64,000 nucleotides of DNA. It comes from an uncultured Eubacterium sp. (lineage in GTDB: Bacteria > Bacillota > Clostridia > Oscillospirales > Acutalibacteraceae). The position numbers were made by a program, and so were the translations under genes. The notes under the pieces are model-generated. The model was not told where the DNA came from. It saw only the letters and a program-made list of their open reading frames with translations, and searched no databases. Positions 1-10,147 of this stretch are shown piece by piece. Each line of letters starts with the position of its first letter. The first letter of the stretch is position 1. The DNA lies in assembly GCF_900542875.1 (NCBI RefSeq), contig NZ_UQPH01000002.1. The stretch is one strand, 5' to 3'.

Positions 1-1
1 T

Positions 2-733
2 ATGCCGCTGAGCGGAGAACTTTTATGCTATGATGTACTGCTTTTTGCGGAAATGCTCAGCGGATACTTGGACGATGCGTCGGACAAGCCGTGGTCGGAT
101 TACAAAAAAGGATTGATTGATTTAATAATCTGCGTTTTGATTTCCGTCGTATTTGTTCGTAACAATTCCACAACGATTGAATTTTTCAATTTAAGCGTTA
201 CAATTAATCCGATTATTTTCGCTGTTCTCTCGACAATTCTGCTTTGGCTCGGCATTAATGTTACCAACTGCTCCGACGGTGTTGACGGTTTATGTGCAAC
301 GCTCAGTGTTGTAACATTAATAGGAATTACCTCTGCGTTCAGCGGTGCAATCGGAGAATCGTATTCGATTTACAGTGCGATTATGGTGGGTGTTTTGCTC
401 GCTTATCTCTGCTTTAACACAAGCCCGAGTTCTCAACTTATGGGTGATGCAGGCTCGAGACCGCTCGGCTTGCTTATCGTAATAATGGTGCTCAAGTCCG
501 GCCATCCGTTCAGTTACATTCTGCTTTCGGCTGTACTTCTCGTTGACGGAATAGCAGGACTTATCAAAATCTTTCTTAAGAGATTTTTCAAAATATCGGT
601 GCTCAAGAATGTGCGTACTCCCATTCACGACGAGATGAGAAAAAATCACGGTTGGTCTGACACCCAGGTGGTTGTAAGATTTTCGATAACCCAACTTGTG
701 ATTTCTTCGCTTGTGTTCATCATTTGCAGGTAA
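2..733 (+). CDS. Glycosyltransferase family 4 (MraY/WecA-like phospho-sugar transferase), C-terminal part; 5' end truncated by the window edge
   Basis: Contains NxxDGxDGL, MGDAGS and the C-terminal PIHDE...GW...VVVRF motif typical of MraY/WecA polyprenyl-phosphate sugar-1-P transferases. Polytopic hydrophobic profile. Confidence 0.6.
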   Translation: MPLSGELLCYDVLLFAEMLSGYLDDASDKPWSDYKKGLIDLIICVLISVVFVRNNSTTIEFFNLSVTINPIIFAVLSTILLWLGINVTNCSDGVDGLCATLSVVTLIGITSAFSGAIGESYSIYSAIMVGVLLAYLCFNTSPSSQLMGDAGSRPLGLLIVIMVLKSGHPFSYILLSAVLLVDGIAGLIKIFLKRFFKISVLKNVRTPIHDEMRKNHGWSDTQVVVRFSITQLVISSLVFIICR

Positions 734-886
734 AATATAATAATTTTCAAGACTGCCGATAAGACTTTGGACTTTTCTACATTTTGAAGTATTCATTCTT
801 TATGTAGTGTGTCCGCTCTTGTCAGCAGTCTTTATTTTATGTATAATTAATGTATAGTTAATTTAGTAAATAAGAGGGGGAAACCT

Positions 887-3800
887 ATGAAATTGATAAA
901 GAAAATTGCGGCGGTTGTACTTTGCGTTGCTCTTATGTTCACCTGTTTTCCGCTTAGTGTATTTGCAAAAGCGTCCGACTCGGAAAATAAAAAGGAAGCG
1001 AATATTGTTCTCTTTGGGTATTTTAACAATTATACCGCAGATGAGGCGAATGAGTATTATAAAACCAATCTTGCGTCTATAATGAAAATCATTGACGGCT
1101 CAAACGGCCGTTCGTTTAAGAATTACATTAAGAGCATTTCATACGGCAAGTTGGAAATAGAAAATATTTTTCCGCAGTACAGCGGCGGCAATATTGTTCC
1201 CGTTAATGTGGGCGTGTCGGAGGATGACGCCAATGTGCTGAATTATGATGTAAGCGTGATTGACGCTCTCGTATCAAATATGCCGTCGATAGCAGACAAG
1301 ATCGTTGACAAAGACGGCGACGGCTATGTCGATAATGTTATGCTTATCGTTATGAATAAGACGAATGAGGCTGTCTCGGGTACAACTTTGGTGCCTCACA
1401 AGGGCGATTATACAGGCAGTACCGAAATCAATAATAAAAAAATAGGTACGTATAATATGTTCGGCACATACCGCCTTTTGAACGAAAAAACGGGACTTGT
1501 CGCACATGAGTTTTTGCATACTCTCGGCTATGCCGATCTCTATAAAAACACAACCTCGCAGTATCCCGTTTATGTGTGGTCGATTATGGGCGGTCCGTCC
1601 CAATATCCGCAGTATCCGCTCGCATATGAGAGAATGTATTTTACTCACTGGCTCGATATAGACGAGATTACCGAGAGCACCACACTGACTCTGGATACAC
1701 AGTCAAACGCAAACGGAAATCAAGCATACGCTATCAAGTCCCCGTTCAACGACAGAGAGCTGTTTGTGGTTGAGTACAGAGAAAGACCGAACAGATATGT
1801 TGCAGGCGACGAGGATTCGCTCGATTATTCGATAGGCGGCTCGGGTGTTATAGTTTACAGGGTTAATTTGAGCGTTGAGGGATTGTCGAATCTCGGTACG
1901 GAGAACGGCATTTATCTATTTAGACCGCAGGAAAATCAGCCGGGTTACAGCAAATATGAAACCACTTCGATTTATAACGCATATCTTCCGTATAATTCCT
2001 ATGACGGAAAAAGGGACAGCATAGGCACCGGCGATATGTCAAAAACGCTCGCCGACGGTGCACTGACTTTCGATAACGGAAGCAATTCGGGCATCGTGAT
2101 AGAAAATGTAAAGTTGTCATCCGACGGAAAGCAGGCAACCCTTGATGTAACCGTTCCGCAAAAAGAGGATTTTGACCTGTGGGAGGATACGGGCTTCGGC
2201 AATGAGACTTCGACTTACGGAAAATATATCAATGTGCAGTCAAATTCAAACGGCGTTTATACAATGTCTTTTGAGAATAATAAAATTTATTCAAAAAAAT
2301 ACGACAACGGTGCGTGGAGCAACTTTGCGCCGTCGATTGACGCTATGTATGCTACGAATATTTGCTCTGCCGAAAAAGACGGAGTGCTTTATCTCGCATT
2401 CTTTGCTTATGAAAATAATGCGGACTGCGTTAAGTTTTATAAATTCGATACAAAGAGCGATAATTCGTGGACGCTTATTAAGAGTATTTCGGGCATAATG
2501 AATTACGGCTTAACGCTCGGTGCGGCAAACGGCGATATTTATGCCGCATACACGGGAGCGGGCACATGGCAGTCATACCCGCTTATGCTGGGAAAAATAA
2601 GCGAAGGAAATGTATCGTTTGAGAAGGTGAATATTTCCGGCAATGCAATGCGACCTAAAGTTACGGGCTTTAACGGTGATATAACAGTTTCCTATAAGAA
2701 TAATTCCAATCAAATAGTTATAGGCAAATACAAAGACGGTACATTCGAGCAAATCAATTCTGTTGCTTCGGGCAGCGGATATTATGACTTGAAAACTATC
2801 GGCTCTAAACTCTGTCTTGCTTACAGTCCGAGCGATACGAGGATTGCCGAATATGACGGTACTTCATGGAGCGACATAAGTGTTGATACGAATTCTGCTT
2901 TTGATGTCGGTTTGTCCGATGTAAATGGAAAATGCTATCTTCATACCGCCGTTCAAACTCCCTCAAAAACCGCAATTTATTTATACGAAAACGGTCAACT
3001 TACGCAGGAGGGCGAAAATGTTGATGTGTATGCAGACAGCGTCAGCCTTGCTCAGTCAAACGGTACGTTTTACGCAGGCTATTCACGAAACGGCTCAAAC
3101 GGTTCAACATTGTTTGTAAAGAAAAAAGCGATTAATATGACTCAGACTCCTGTCGATACGGCGGCGTTTGATTCGGCTGTTTCTGTTGCAAAGCAACATT
3201 TGACGGAGGATTACAGCAAAGAAACTCTTGGCGTTCTTCAGGCTCTTTGTGATAAATATGACGGAGCTTTCGCCGAGGGATCGTCTCAATCGGAAATAGA
3301 TAAAGCCACTGCCGAAATATTGGAAGCGGTGTCTGCACTTAAAGCATATTTTTTTGCAAGAGTTTCGGCAGAGAACGGAACAGTCACGGCAAATGTAAAT
3401 TCCGTTTCGATGAGTAAGAGTGATTTTACGGTGCTTTACGGAGATAAGGTTACGGTATCGGCAGACACAGGAGACGACTGCGGCTTTGTCGGTTGGTATG
3501 ACAATAACAGTTCTCGCTACCTGTCGAGCGACTTGGTTTATTCTTTTATTGCCTCGTCAAATATCGACCTAAAAGCTGTGTTTACCAAGGCGGGATATGC
3601 AACGCTGACATTTACAAATCACGCAGGTTCAGTATGGCAGAAGAACACTATGTCGACTTCGGCGTGGTCGGATATTTCGGATATAGGTGCACTTGTGCCC
3701 GATGTGCCGTACCGTTACGGATATTCAAACGGCAGGTGGAATTATGATTCTGTCGAGGTTTTGACAAAACTCAGAAGCGGCGAGAATGTAACGATTGTTC

Positions 3801-4204
3801 CTATTTACGATAATGACAATAAACTTATCCCATCATCTCCTAAACTGAACGGTGCGGATGCGGCGCTTGAACTTTATTATGATTATGATAAAAATAATAA
3901 TGTGGGCTCGTTTATTATGACTGTTTCAAAGCGTGAAGAAATTACGGTTGAGGCAATCGGCTTTGCACTTTATCATTCGGCAGAGTTCATTCCGTCGGAG
4001 TTTGATTTAAGGCTGAATAATAAGATGAAAGCGAGTGCGTTTTCTACATCAGAGATTTACGATTATTATATACTGAATGTTCCTAAATTTAACTCAAACG
4101 AAAATTGGGCTGTCAGGGGATATATCACCTATAAGGACTCAAAAGGAGCAGTCAAGACCGTATATTCAAATCAGGTTAATGTTGTTAATGCAACTAGGGT
4201 TTAG
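887..4204 (+). CDS. Secreted zinc metallopeptidase (HEXXH; M6/M64-like) with long C-terminal repeat region
   Basis: N-terminal signal peptide MKLIKKIAAVVLCVALMFTCFPLSVFA. Motif HEFLHTLGYADLY fits the HExxHxxGxxDxY pattern of InhA (M6) and IgA-peptidase (M64) families. C-terminal ~600 aa carry recurring Y/W-rich blade-like repeats (YLAFFAY, IYAAYTG, LCLAYSP, FYAGYS). RBS AGAGGGGG lies before the ATG. Confidence 0.55.
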   Translation: MKLIKKIAAVVLCVALMFTCFPLSVFAKASDSENKKEANIVLFGYFNNYTADEANEYYKTNLASIMKIIDGSNGRSFKNYIKSISYGKLEIENIFPQYSGGNIVPVNVGVSEDDANVLNYDVSVIDALVSNMPSIADKIVDKDGDGYVDNVMLIVMNKTNEAVSGTTLVPHKGDYTGSTEINNKKIGTYNMFGTYRLLNEKTGLVAHEFLHTLGYADLYKNTTSQYPVYVWSIMGGPSQYPQYPLAYERMYFTHWLDIDEITESTTLTLDTQSNANGNQAYAIKSPFNDRELFVVEYRERPNRYVAGDEDSLDYSIGGSGVIVYRVNLSVEGLSNLGTENGIYLFRPQENQPGYSKYETTSIYNAYLPYNSYDGKRDSIGTGDMSKTLADGALTFDNGSNSGIVIENVKLSSDGKQATLDVTVPQKEDFDLWEDTGFGNETSTYGKYINVQSNSNGVYTMSFENNKIYSKKYDNGAWSNFAPSIDAMYATNICSAEKDGVLYLAFFAYENNADCVKFYKFDTKSDNSWTLIKSISGIMNYGLTLGAANGDIYAAYTGAGTWQSYPLMLGKISEGNVSFEKVNISGNAMRPKVTGFNGDITVSYKNNSNQIVIGKYKDGTFEQINSVASGSGYYDLKTIGSKLCLAYSPSDTRIAEYDGTSWSDISVDTNSAFDVGLSDVNGKCYLHTAVQTPSKTAIYLYENGQLTQEGENVDVYADSVSLAQSNGTFYAGYSRNGSNGSTLFVKKKAINMTQTPVDTAAFDSAVSVAKQHLTEDYSKETLGVLQALCDKYDGAFAEGSSQSEIDKATAEILEAVSALKAYFFARVSAENGTVTANVNSVSMSKSDFTVLYGDKVTVSADTGDDCGFVGWYDNNSSRYLSSDLVYSFIASSNIDLKAVFTKAGYATLTFTNHAGSVWQKNTMSTSAWSDISDIGALVPDVPYRYGYSNGRWNYDSVEVLTKLRSGENVTIVPIYDNDNKLIPSSPKLNGADAALELYYDYDKNNNVGSFIMTVSKREEITVEAIGFALYHSAEFIPSEFDLRLNNKMKASAFSTSEIYDYYILNVPKFNSNENWAVRGYITYKDSKGAVKTVYSNQVNVVNATRV

Positions 4205-4298
4205 CCTCTGTTTTTTGCAAGATGGTTAAAAACAGTATAAATCGTCGGGCGAAAAAATGTTTTTATTTGGCACTTTATACAAAATTTCAAAAAATATT

Positions 4299-4327
4299 TG
4301 ACAAATCGTACAAAGGGGATTAATATG
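4299..4327 (+). promoter_or_regulatory. Sigma-A type promoter (TTGACA, 17-nt spacer, TAATAT) driving the cstA leader
   Basis: Sequence ttgacaaatcgtacaaaggggattaatat. Located ~360 nt upstream of the cstA start. Confidence 0.5.
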
Positions 4328-4334
4328 GAACCAT

Positions 4335-4688
4335 AAACTTAACAGTCAAAATGCAATGAACAGGATATGATTTTATGTATCACCGTTTACAGAAAGCCGT
4401 CGGTTGTGCGAGGCGGCAGCAAGGAACATAAAGCCCTCACCTGCAAGCATTTTCGGTGAAAGGATACGAGTAGCCGAAAACGGGACTCACCGTTATATGA
4501 GACGCATTTGACAGATTGCGGTTGAGCGGTCGGCTTTTGTCGGCAAGCAAAGTGGTAACACGGAGCGTTATTCATATTTTTTATGATTATGTCTTCGCCT
4601 TTGCGAAAGGTCTTTCGGACTTTTCAGGAGGCGGGGACTTTTGTTTTTTGACTGTTTGGCAAATAATTAAGTGAGGAGATTGATTATT
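4335..4688 (+). promoter_or_regulatory. Long structured 5' leader of cstA with terminator-like hairpins and U-runs; possible riboswitch or T-box-like attenuator, class unresolved
   Basis: ~350-nt untranslated leader. Hairpins ccttt-gcg-aaagg and ggactttt repeats are followed by ttttgttttttg immediately upstream of the RBS GAGGAGA. Segment aaagtggtaacacgg weakly resembles the T-box UGGNACC core. Confidence 0.3.
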
Positions 4689-6407
4689 ATGAGTACATTG
4701 GTAATTGTTTTAATTGCAATTGTCGTACTTGGTGCCGGCTATGTTTTTTACGGCCGTCATATTGCAAAAAAATGGGGCATTGACCCTAAAGCAAAAACAC
4801 CGGCAGTAGAGATTAATGACGGCAAGGATTATGTTCCGACGAACGGCTGGACGGTATTTTCTCATCAGTTTTCGTCTATCGCAGGTGCAGGCCCTGTAAC
4901 CGGTGCAATTCAGGCAGCTGTTTTCGGCTGGCTTCCTGTTTTGCTTTGGATATTAATCGGCGGCGTTTTCTTCGGTGCGGTAACAGATTTCGGCGCACTT
5001 TACGCTTCGGTTAAAAACCAGGGCAAGTCGATGGGTATGCTTATAGAAAAGTATATCGGTAAACTCGGCAGAAAGCTGTTTACCATTTTCTGTTGGTTGT
5101 TTTCGCTGCTCATCATTGCAGTATTTGCAGATATGGTATCGGGCACATTCAACGCTTTTGATGCGAAAACGGGCGCACTCAGCGCAAATGCGGCAGCAAA
5201 CGGTTCGGCAGGTATGGTATCGATTATGTTTATGGTCTTTGCCGTTATCTTCGGTCTTATCCAAAAGAAGTTTAACTTCTCCGGTTTCAAAGAATTTTTA
5301 ATCGGTATTGTCTTTATCGTCGCTTCTTTTGCAATCGGTATTAAATGCCCCATCACTCTCGGCAAGGACGGCTGGAGTTATGTAGTATTCGCTTACATTT
5401 TTGTTGCGGCTATTATGCCTATTTGGCTTATGAAACAGCCTCGTGATTATATGACAACCATTATGTTTGTATGTATGATTTTGGGTGCGGCTGTGGGTCT
5501 TATCATCGGTCACCCGACTATGAACCTCCCTGTATTTACAGGTTTTAAGAATGAACAACTCGGAACAATGTTCCCGATTCTTTTCGTAACCGTTGCGTGC
5601 GGTGCTGTATCGGGCTTTCATTCCTTGGTGTCTTCCGGTACTTCGTCAAAGACGATTGAAAACGAAAAAGATATGCTTAAAGTCGGCTACGGCGCAATGA
5701 TTCTTGAGAGCGTTTTGGCAGTTCTTGCTCTTTGCGTAGCAGGTGCCGCCGCTGCAAAGGACGGTACTCCGGCAGAGGGTACACCGTTCCAAATTTTCAG
5801 CCGTGGTGTTGCAGGCTTCTTTGAAAAGATGGGTATGCCTGTTTCGGTCGCTACCGTATTTATGACAATGTGCGTTTCGGCTCTTGCACTTACAACCCTT
5901 GACGCCGTTGCCCGTATCGGTAAGATGTCGTTCCAGGAAATCTTCAGCGTTGACGATATGAAGAATGCAAAGCTTTGGAGAAAGATTGTCTGCAATCCGT
6001 ATTTCGCAACAATTATCACACTCGCTTGCGGTTATGTTTTGACAAAAATCGGTTATCAGAAAGTATGGCCGCTCTTCGGTTCGGCTAATCAGTTGCTCAG
6101 TGCGCTTGTACTTATCACGCTTTGCGTATTCCTTAAAGTAACGGGCAGAAGCAACAAGATGCTCTTCCCTCCGATGATTATTATGCTTTGCGTAACCTTT
6201 ACCGCTCTCGTTCAGCGTGTAATCGCACTTGTAAAGGCTATCTCGGCAGGTACCGATATTTTCGGTTCCGTACTTCAACTTGTTGTTGCGGTTCTTCTTA
6301 TTGCCCTCGGTTTGACTATTGCAGTTAACTCGGCAAAGAGTTACGTAAAAAGTAAAAAAGGCAGTGAAATAGAAGAAAAAACTTCTGTCGCTCAAACAGC
6401 AGAATAA
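4689..6407 (+). CDS. cstA: Carbon starvation protein A (CstA; peptide/pyruvate transporter family)
   Basis: N-terminal region (HQFSSIAGAGPVTGAIQAAVFGWLPVLLWILIGGVFFGAVTDF) is diagnostic of CstA. ~570-aa polytopic membrane protein. RBS GAGGAGA sits 9 nt before ATG 4689; the track ORF starts at an upstream in-frame GTG 4671. Confidence 0.85.
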   Translation: MSTLVIVLIAIVVLGAGYVFYGRHIAKKWGIDPKAKTPAVEINDGKDYVPTNGWTVFSHQFSSIAGAGPVTGAIQAAVFGWLPVLLWILIGGVFFGAVTDFGALYASVKNQGKSMGMLIEKYIGKLGRKLFTIFCWLFSLLIIAVFADMVSGTFNAFDAKTGALSANAAANGSAGMVSIMFMVFAVIFGLIQKKFNFSGFKEFLIGIVFIVASFAIGIKCPITLGKDGWSYVVFAYIFVAAIMPIWLMKQPRDYMTTIMFVCMILGAAVGLIIGHPTMNLPVFTGFKNEQLGTMFPILFVTVACGAVSGFHSLVSSGTSSKTIENEKDMLKVGYGAMILESVLAVLALCVAGAAAAKDGTPAEGTPFQIFSRGVAGFFEKMGMPVSVATVFMTMCVSALALTTLDAVARIGKMSFQEIFSVDDMKNAKLWRKIVCNPYFATIITLACGYVLTKIGYQKVWPLFGSANQLLSALVLITLCVFLKVTGRSNKMLFPPMIIMLCVTFTALVQRVIALVKAISAGTDIFGSVLQLVVAVLLIALGLTIAVNSAKSYVKSKKGSEIEEKTSVAQTAE

Positions 6408-6428
6408 CTGATAATTTGGATATAAAAG

Positions 6429-6466
6429 TAATCCCGATTGGCATTATGCCAATCGGGATTTTATTA
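6429..6466. terminator. Bidirectional intrinsic terminator between convergent cstA and fucI
   Basis: Perfect 15-bp stem aatcccgattggcat/atgccaatcgggatt flanked by T-runs on both strands. Confidence 0.7.
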
Positions 6467-6499
6467 TGTTATTCGGTTTTACAGGCTTATAAGGTTATA

Positions 6500-8311
6500 T
6501 TACTTATAGAGCGGACCATAGGTTGCACAAGCCTTGTAATCTGCCGACTGTGCGTCCTCTGTACCGAATGCTGCCCAAGCCTGCGGACGGAATACTCTGT
6601 CGCTTGGTACATTGTGCATATTTACAGGAATACGAAGCATAGAAGCAAGTGTAATAAGTTCTGCACCCTTGTGGCCGTAGATTGTTACGCCGTGGTTAGC
6701 GCCCCAATTAGCCATTACGCTGTATACATCTTTGAATGCACCCTCACCTGTAAGAGTAGGAACAAACCATGTTGTAGGCCATGTTCTGTCTGTACGCTTG
6801 TCGATTGTGTTATGGATTTCATCAGGAAGGTCTACCGTATAACCCTCAGCGAGCTGAAGAACAGGACCGATACCGTCGATAACATTAACTCTCAGCATTG
6901 TAACAGGCATTTCAGCACTGCAACGGAAGTGGCTTGAAAATCCGCCGCCTCTGAAGTATTCGTAGTTTGCTCTGCACCAATCGGTTGCTTTGAGGCAAGC
7001 CTTGATGTCATCGTTTGTCATTTCCCAGAACGGTTTCATACAGCCTTCGCCGTTTGCATTTTTGCTTGCGGCAGAACCGTCGAGTGCTGTTGCGCCCGAG
7101 TTGATGAGGTGGATAAATCCGTTGGCAGCCTTGCCCTGCGGCTTAACGCCTGTAACTCTTTCGCAAGCCTCGGGTGACCAATATGTACGAACATCGTGGA
7201 AGCAAGGAGCGGCGTCGGAAACGAGAGTACCGAGCATCATGGAAACGCCGTTTAAGGTGTCGTTTTCTGTTGCAAACGGAGTAGGCATTTTAGGACCGTT
7301 CCAGTCGAATGAACTTGCCATGATAGACTCTGAAAAGTCTGCGTTGGGGAGCCAGTCTGTCCAGTTTCTTTGTCCCTGGAAGCCGCCTGCGATAGCGTTC
7401 TTTCCGAGAGCCTCCTCGTGCCAACCCATTTCGTCAAGTTTCTTGTTTCCGAAAAGAATATCACGGAAAACGATAGTCATTTTTGTTACAAATTCCCAAT
7501 CCTTGTCAGGGTCAACAACCTTTGACTTTTTGATGATTTCGGGAAGATTTTTTCCTGCGTTGCAATCAAATCCCTCCGGGCAGTTCTCCTTAACCCACTT
7601 GATAGCCTTTTCGTACTCGTCGTGGTCAAAGATTTCAAGTTTGATACGGCGGAGAATTTCTGTCATATCAACCCATTCTGCACGGATGCCAAAGTATTTT
7701 TGGAACATATCTGCGTTGCAGTAACTTCCTGCGATACCCATAGCGATACCGCCGAGGTTTACATAAGCCTTGTTTTTCATCCAGCCTACGGATACTGCAC
7801 ACTTTGCAAAGCGTAAAATCTTTTCTGCAACATCCTCAGGAATTTCCTTGTCGTCCATATCCTTTACATCGTGGCCGTAGATTGAGAATGCGGGCATACC
7901 CTTTTGAGCGTATGCAGCCATTACAGCGGCAAGGTAAACGGCACCCGGTCTCTCCGTTCCGTTAAATCCCCAAACAGCCTTGATGGTTGACGGCTCCATA
8001 TCAAAGGTTTCGCTTCCATAGCACCAGCACGGTGTAACGGAAAGAGTAGCCACTACATTTTCCTTAGAAAATTGTTCGGCACATTTAGCAGCCTCTGCAC
8101 CGCCGCCGATTGTGGTATCGCTGATAACGCACTGAACAGGTGTTGAGTCGGGATATCTGAGAGTGCTCTCGATAAGAGCCTTGGCAGCCTTAGCCATATT
8201 CATTGTCTGCTCTTCCAGGCTTTCACGAACACCGCCCCATCTGCCGTCGATAACAGGTCTGATACCGATTTTTGGATATAACATAATTTTGTCCTCCTTA
8301 TTTATTTTCAA
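6500..8311 (-). CDS. fucI: L-fucose isomerase
   Basis: Near-colinear similarity to E. coli FucI over the full length (PKIGIRPVIDGR..GVRESLEEQTMNMAK, TVTPCWCYGSETFDM, WTDWLPN, GPLYK C-terminus). An alternative start lies at the internal Met MLYPKIG. Confidence 0.93.
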   Translation of the reverse strand: MKINKEDKIMLYPKIGIRPVIDGRWGGVRESLEEQTMNMAKAAKALIESTLRYPDSTPVQCVISDTTIGGGAEAAKCAEQFSKENVVATLSVTPCWCYGSETFDMEPSTIKAVWGFNGTERPGAVYLAAVMAAYAQKGMPAFSIYGHDVKDMDDKEIPEDVAEKILRFAKCAVSVGWMKNKAYVNLGGIAMGIAGSYCNADMFQKYFGIRAEWVDMTEILRRIKLEIFDHDEYEKAIKWVKENCPEGFDCNAGKNLPEIIKKSKVVDPDKDWEFVTKMTIVFRDILFGNKKLDEMGWHEEALGKNAIAGGFQGQRNWTDWLPNADFSESIMASSFDWNGPKMPTPFATENDTLNGVSMMLGTLVSDAAPCFHDVRTYWSPEACERVTGVKPQGKAANGFIHLINSGATALDGSAASKNANGEGCMKPFWEMTNDDIKACLKATDWCRANYEYFRGGGFSSHFRCSAEMPVTMLRVNVIDGIGPVLQLAEGYTVDLPDEIHNTIDKRTDRTWPTTWFVPTLTGEGAFKDVYSVMANWGANHGVTIYGHKGAELITLASMLRIPVNMHNVPSDRVFRPQAWAAFGTEDAQSADYKACATYGPLYK

Positions 8312-9713
8312 TAATTTTTACAAATTCAGCATATGCCTTATCCCATTCGGATGAATGATTAGGCACATAAGTTGTGAGTTTTTCGGTTTTTGCAATGATT
8401 TTTCTTCCCTCGTCAACACTCTTTATTTCTCCGAGTGCAATGAGTTGAAGAATGATGTTGCCCAAGGCGGTCGCTTCGATTGGTCCTGCTTCGACAGGTA
8501 TTCCCAAGCAGTCGGATGCCATTTGACAAAGAAATCCGTCCTTTGTTCCTCCGCCGAGAAGATTAAGTTTTTCAAATTTCTTGCCCGTGCAGTCGCTGAT
8601 TTGTTCAAGAGCATATCTGTACTTGAGCGCAAGGCTTTCGTAAATGGTTCTTACAGCTTCGCCTACTGTTTCGGGCTTTTTCTGTCCCGTTTTTTCGCAG
8701 TATGTTTTAATCTTGTCGGTAAGATTATCGTGCCTTGAAAGTTCGGGAGCGTCGGGGTCGATAAAGAATTTGAACGGCTGACTTTCTCTTGCCATACATT
8801 CAAGGTCGTTGTAACTGTACTTATATCCCTGCTCGGCAAGATTACGCTTTAGTTCCTGAATCAGCCAAAGACCGCTGATATTTTTGAGATAGTCGATTTT
8901 GCCGTTTGCACCGAGTTCGTTTGAGAGTTCGAGAGAATTGCTCTTGTCGGTGAGAATAGGTTCGTCGAGTTCGCAGCCGATAAGTGACCATGTTCCGCAG
9001 GAGAGAAATGCGTTATTATTTTCAACGCTCGGCATTGCCGCAACGGCACATTGTGTATCGTGACCTGCCACGGTGATAACCTTAATTCCTTTATATTCTC
9101 CGAGAATGGTTGACGGCTCGGTAAGCGGAGAAAATTTTGACTCGTCTATGTCGAATTTTTCTGTTATTTCACTGCACCATTTCTTTTTGCTCGGTGAGAG
9201 CATTTGAGATGTGGAGGCGATGGTGTATTCGCTTACGCTGTTACCTGTGAGCAGATAGCCGAAAAGGTCGGGCATAAATACAATTTTGTCTGCTTTTTCG
9301 AGATTATCGTCCGATATGAGTTGAAACAGTGTGTTGATGCCCATTATCTGATTTCCCGTAAGGCGATAAAGTTCATTTAAGTCCTGCTTTTTTGCGGCTT
9401 TTTCCACTGCACCCTCGGTGCGGCAGTCACGGTAATGGTACGGAAGATTGATGAGTTTTCCGTCTTTATCGAGCAGTCCGTAGTCAACGCCCCAGGTGTC
9501 AAACGCAAGGGAGTCAACTTTTCCTGCTTTTTCAACAGCTTTTTTGATTTCGGCTAAAATCATATTTACATCGTGATGAATGTGACCGTTTTCTTTTACA
9601 GGGATATTATCAAAACGATGGATTTCCTCATATGATATTTTTTCTCCGTCAAAGACAGCTTTAATGGCTCTGCCCGACGATGCGCCGAAGTCGAAGGCTA
9701 AAACGGTTTTCAA
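8298..9713 (-). CDS. FGGY-family sugar kinase, rhamnulokinase/L-fuculokinase type
   Basis: N-terminus FDFGASSGRAI...EIHRF.N....NG...WD and DTWGVDYGLLDKDG are closest to the rhamnulokinase (RhaB) pattern. Location inside the fuc operon implies fuculokinase function. Confidence 0.8.
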   Translation of the reverse strand: MKTVLAFDFGASSGRAIKAVFDGEKISYEEIHRFDNIPVKENGHIHHDVNMILAEIKKAVEKAGKVDSLAFDTWGVDYGLLDKDGKLINLPYHYRDCRTEGAVEKAAKKQDLNELYRLTGNQIMGINTLFQLISDDNLEKADKIVFMPDLFGYLLTGNSVSEYTIASTSQMLSPSKKKWCSEITEKFDIDESKFSPLTEPSTILGEYKGIKVITVAGHDTQCAVAAMPSVENNNAFLSCGTWSLIGCELDEPILTDKSNSLELSNELGANGKIDYLKNISGLWLIQELKRNLAEQGYKYSYNDLECMARESQPFKFFIDPDAPELSRHDNLTDKIKTYCEKTGQKKPETVGEAVRTIYESLALKYRYALEQISDCTGKKFEKLNLLGGGTKDGFLCQMASDCLGIPVEAGPIEATALGNIILQLIALGEIKSVDEGRKIIAKTEKLTTYVPNHSSEWDKAYAEFVKIIENK

Positions 9714-10144
9714 ATTACCACTCCTTTTTTAAGCAAAATATTTGCATAAAGAGCGGTTTCACCCGTTGCGATGATTACGCTTGCACCCTTTGCTCTCTCA
9801 TAAAATGCGAATCTTTCGATGTATTCTATATCGTGGTGGTTGGGTTCGTGCTTATTAAGCAACTCGTTATATTTGTCCCAAATGGGAGTTTCAACATCGT
9901 CACCCGGAACGACTTGCATCAAGCCTACGGGTTTTTCGCTGTATGTATCAAGAGGGAAAAGTTGCAGTACGGCGTCCAAAATTTCGGGCACTCCGTGACC
10001 GTCGGCACGGATAACTACGGCATTTTTTCCTATTGATTCGCACGGAAAGTTTCCGTCTGCGATAACAAGTTCGTCGCCGTGACCCATTTTTGACAGTTCG
10101 CAAAGAAGTTGCGGCGAAATGATTGAGGGGATACCCTTTAGCAT
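9710..10144 (-). CDS. fucU: L-fucose mutarotase (RbsD/FucU family)
   Basis: Strong similarity to E. coli FucU (ISPQLLCELSKMGHGDELVIADGNFP, RFAFYERAKGA, GETALYANILLKKGV). Confidence 0.88.
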   Translation of the reverse strand: MLKGIPSIISPQLLCELSKMGHGDELVIADGNFPCESIGKNAVVIRADGHGVPEILDAVLQLFPLDTYSEKPVGLMQVVPGDDVETPIWDKYNELLNKHEPNHHDIEYIERFAFYERAKGASVIIATGETALYANILLKKGVVI

Positions 10145-10147
10145 AGG

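Noticed and set aside
4549-4565. Possible T-box antiterminator core (aaagtggtaacacgg)
   Set aside because: Only a partial match to the conserved AAUUAGGGUGGNACCGCG motif, and I could not identify stem I or the specifier-loop features. It is kept only as a generic structured leader.
4387-4575. 62-aa minus-strand ORF inside the cstA leader region
   Set aside because: No RBS. It lies antisense to a region that is better explained as a structured 5' leader, and the amino-acid composition does not look protein-like.
4953-6395. Several 100-250-aa minus-strand ORFs nested inside cstA
   Set aside because: They lie antisense to a strongly supported transporter gene, have low-complexity or Cys/His/Arg-rich translations typical of spurious antisense frames, and have no RBS.
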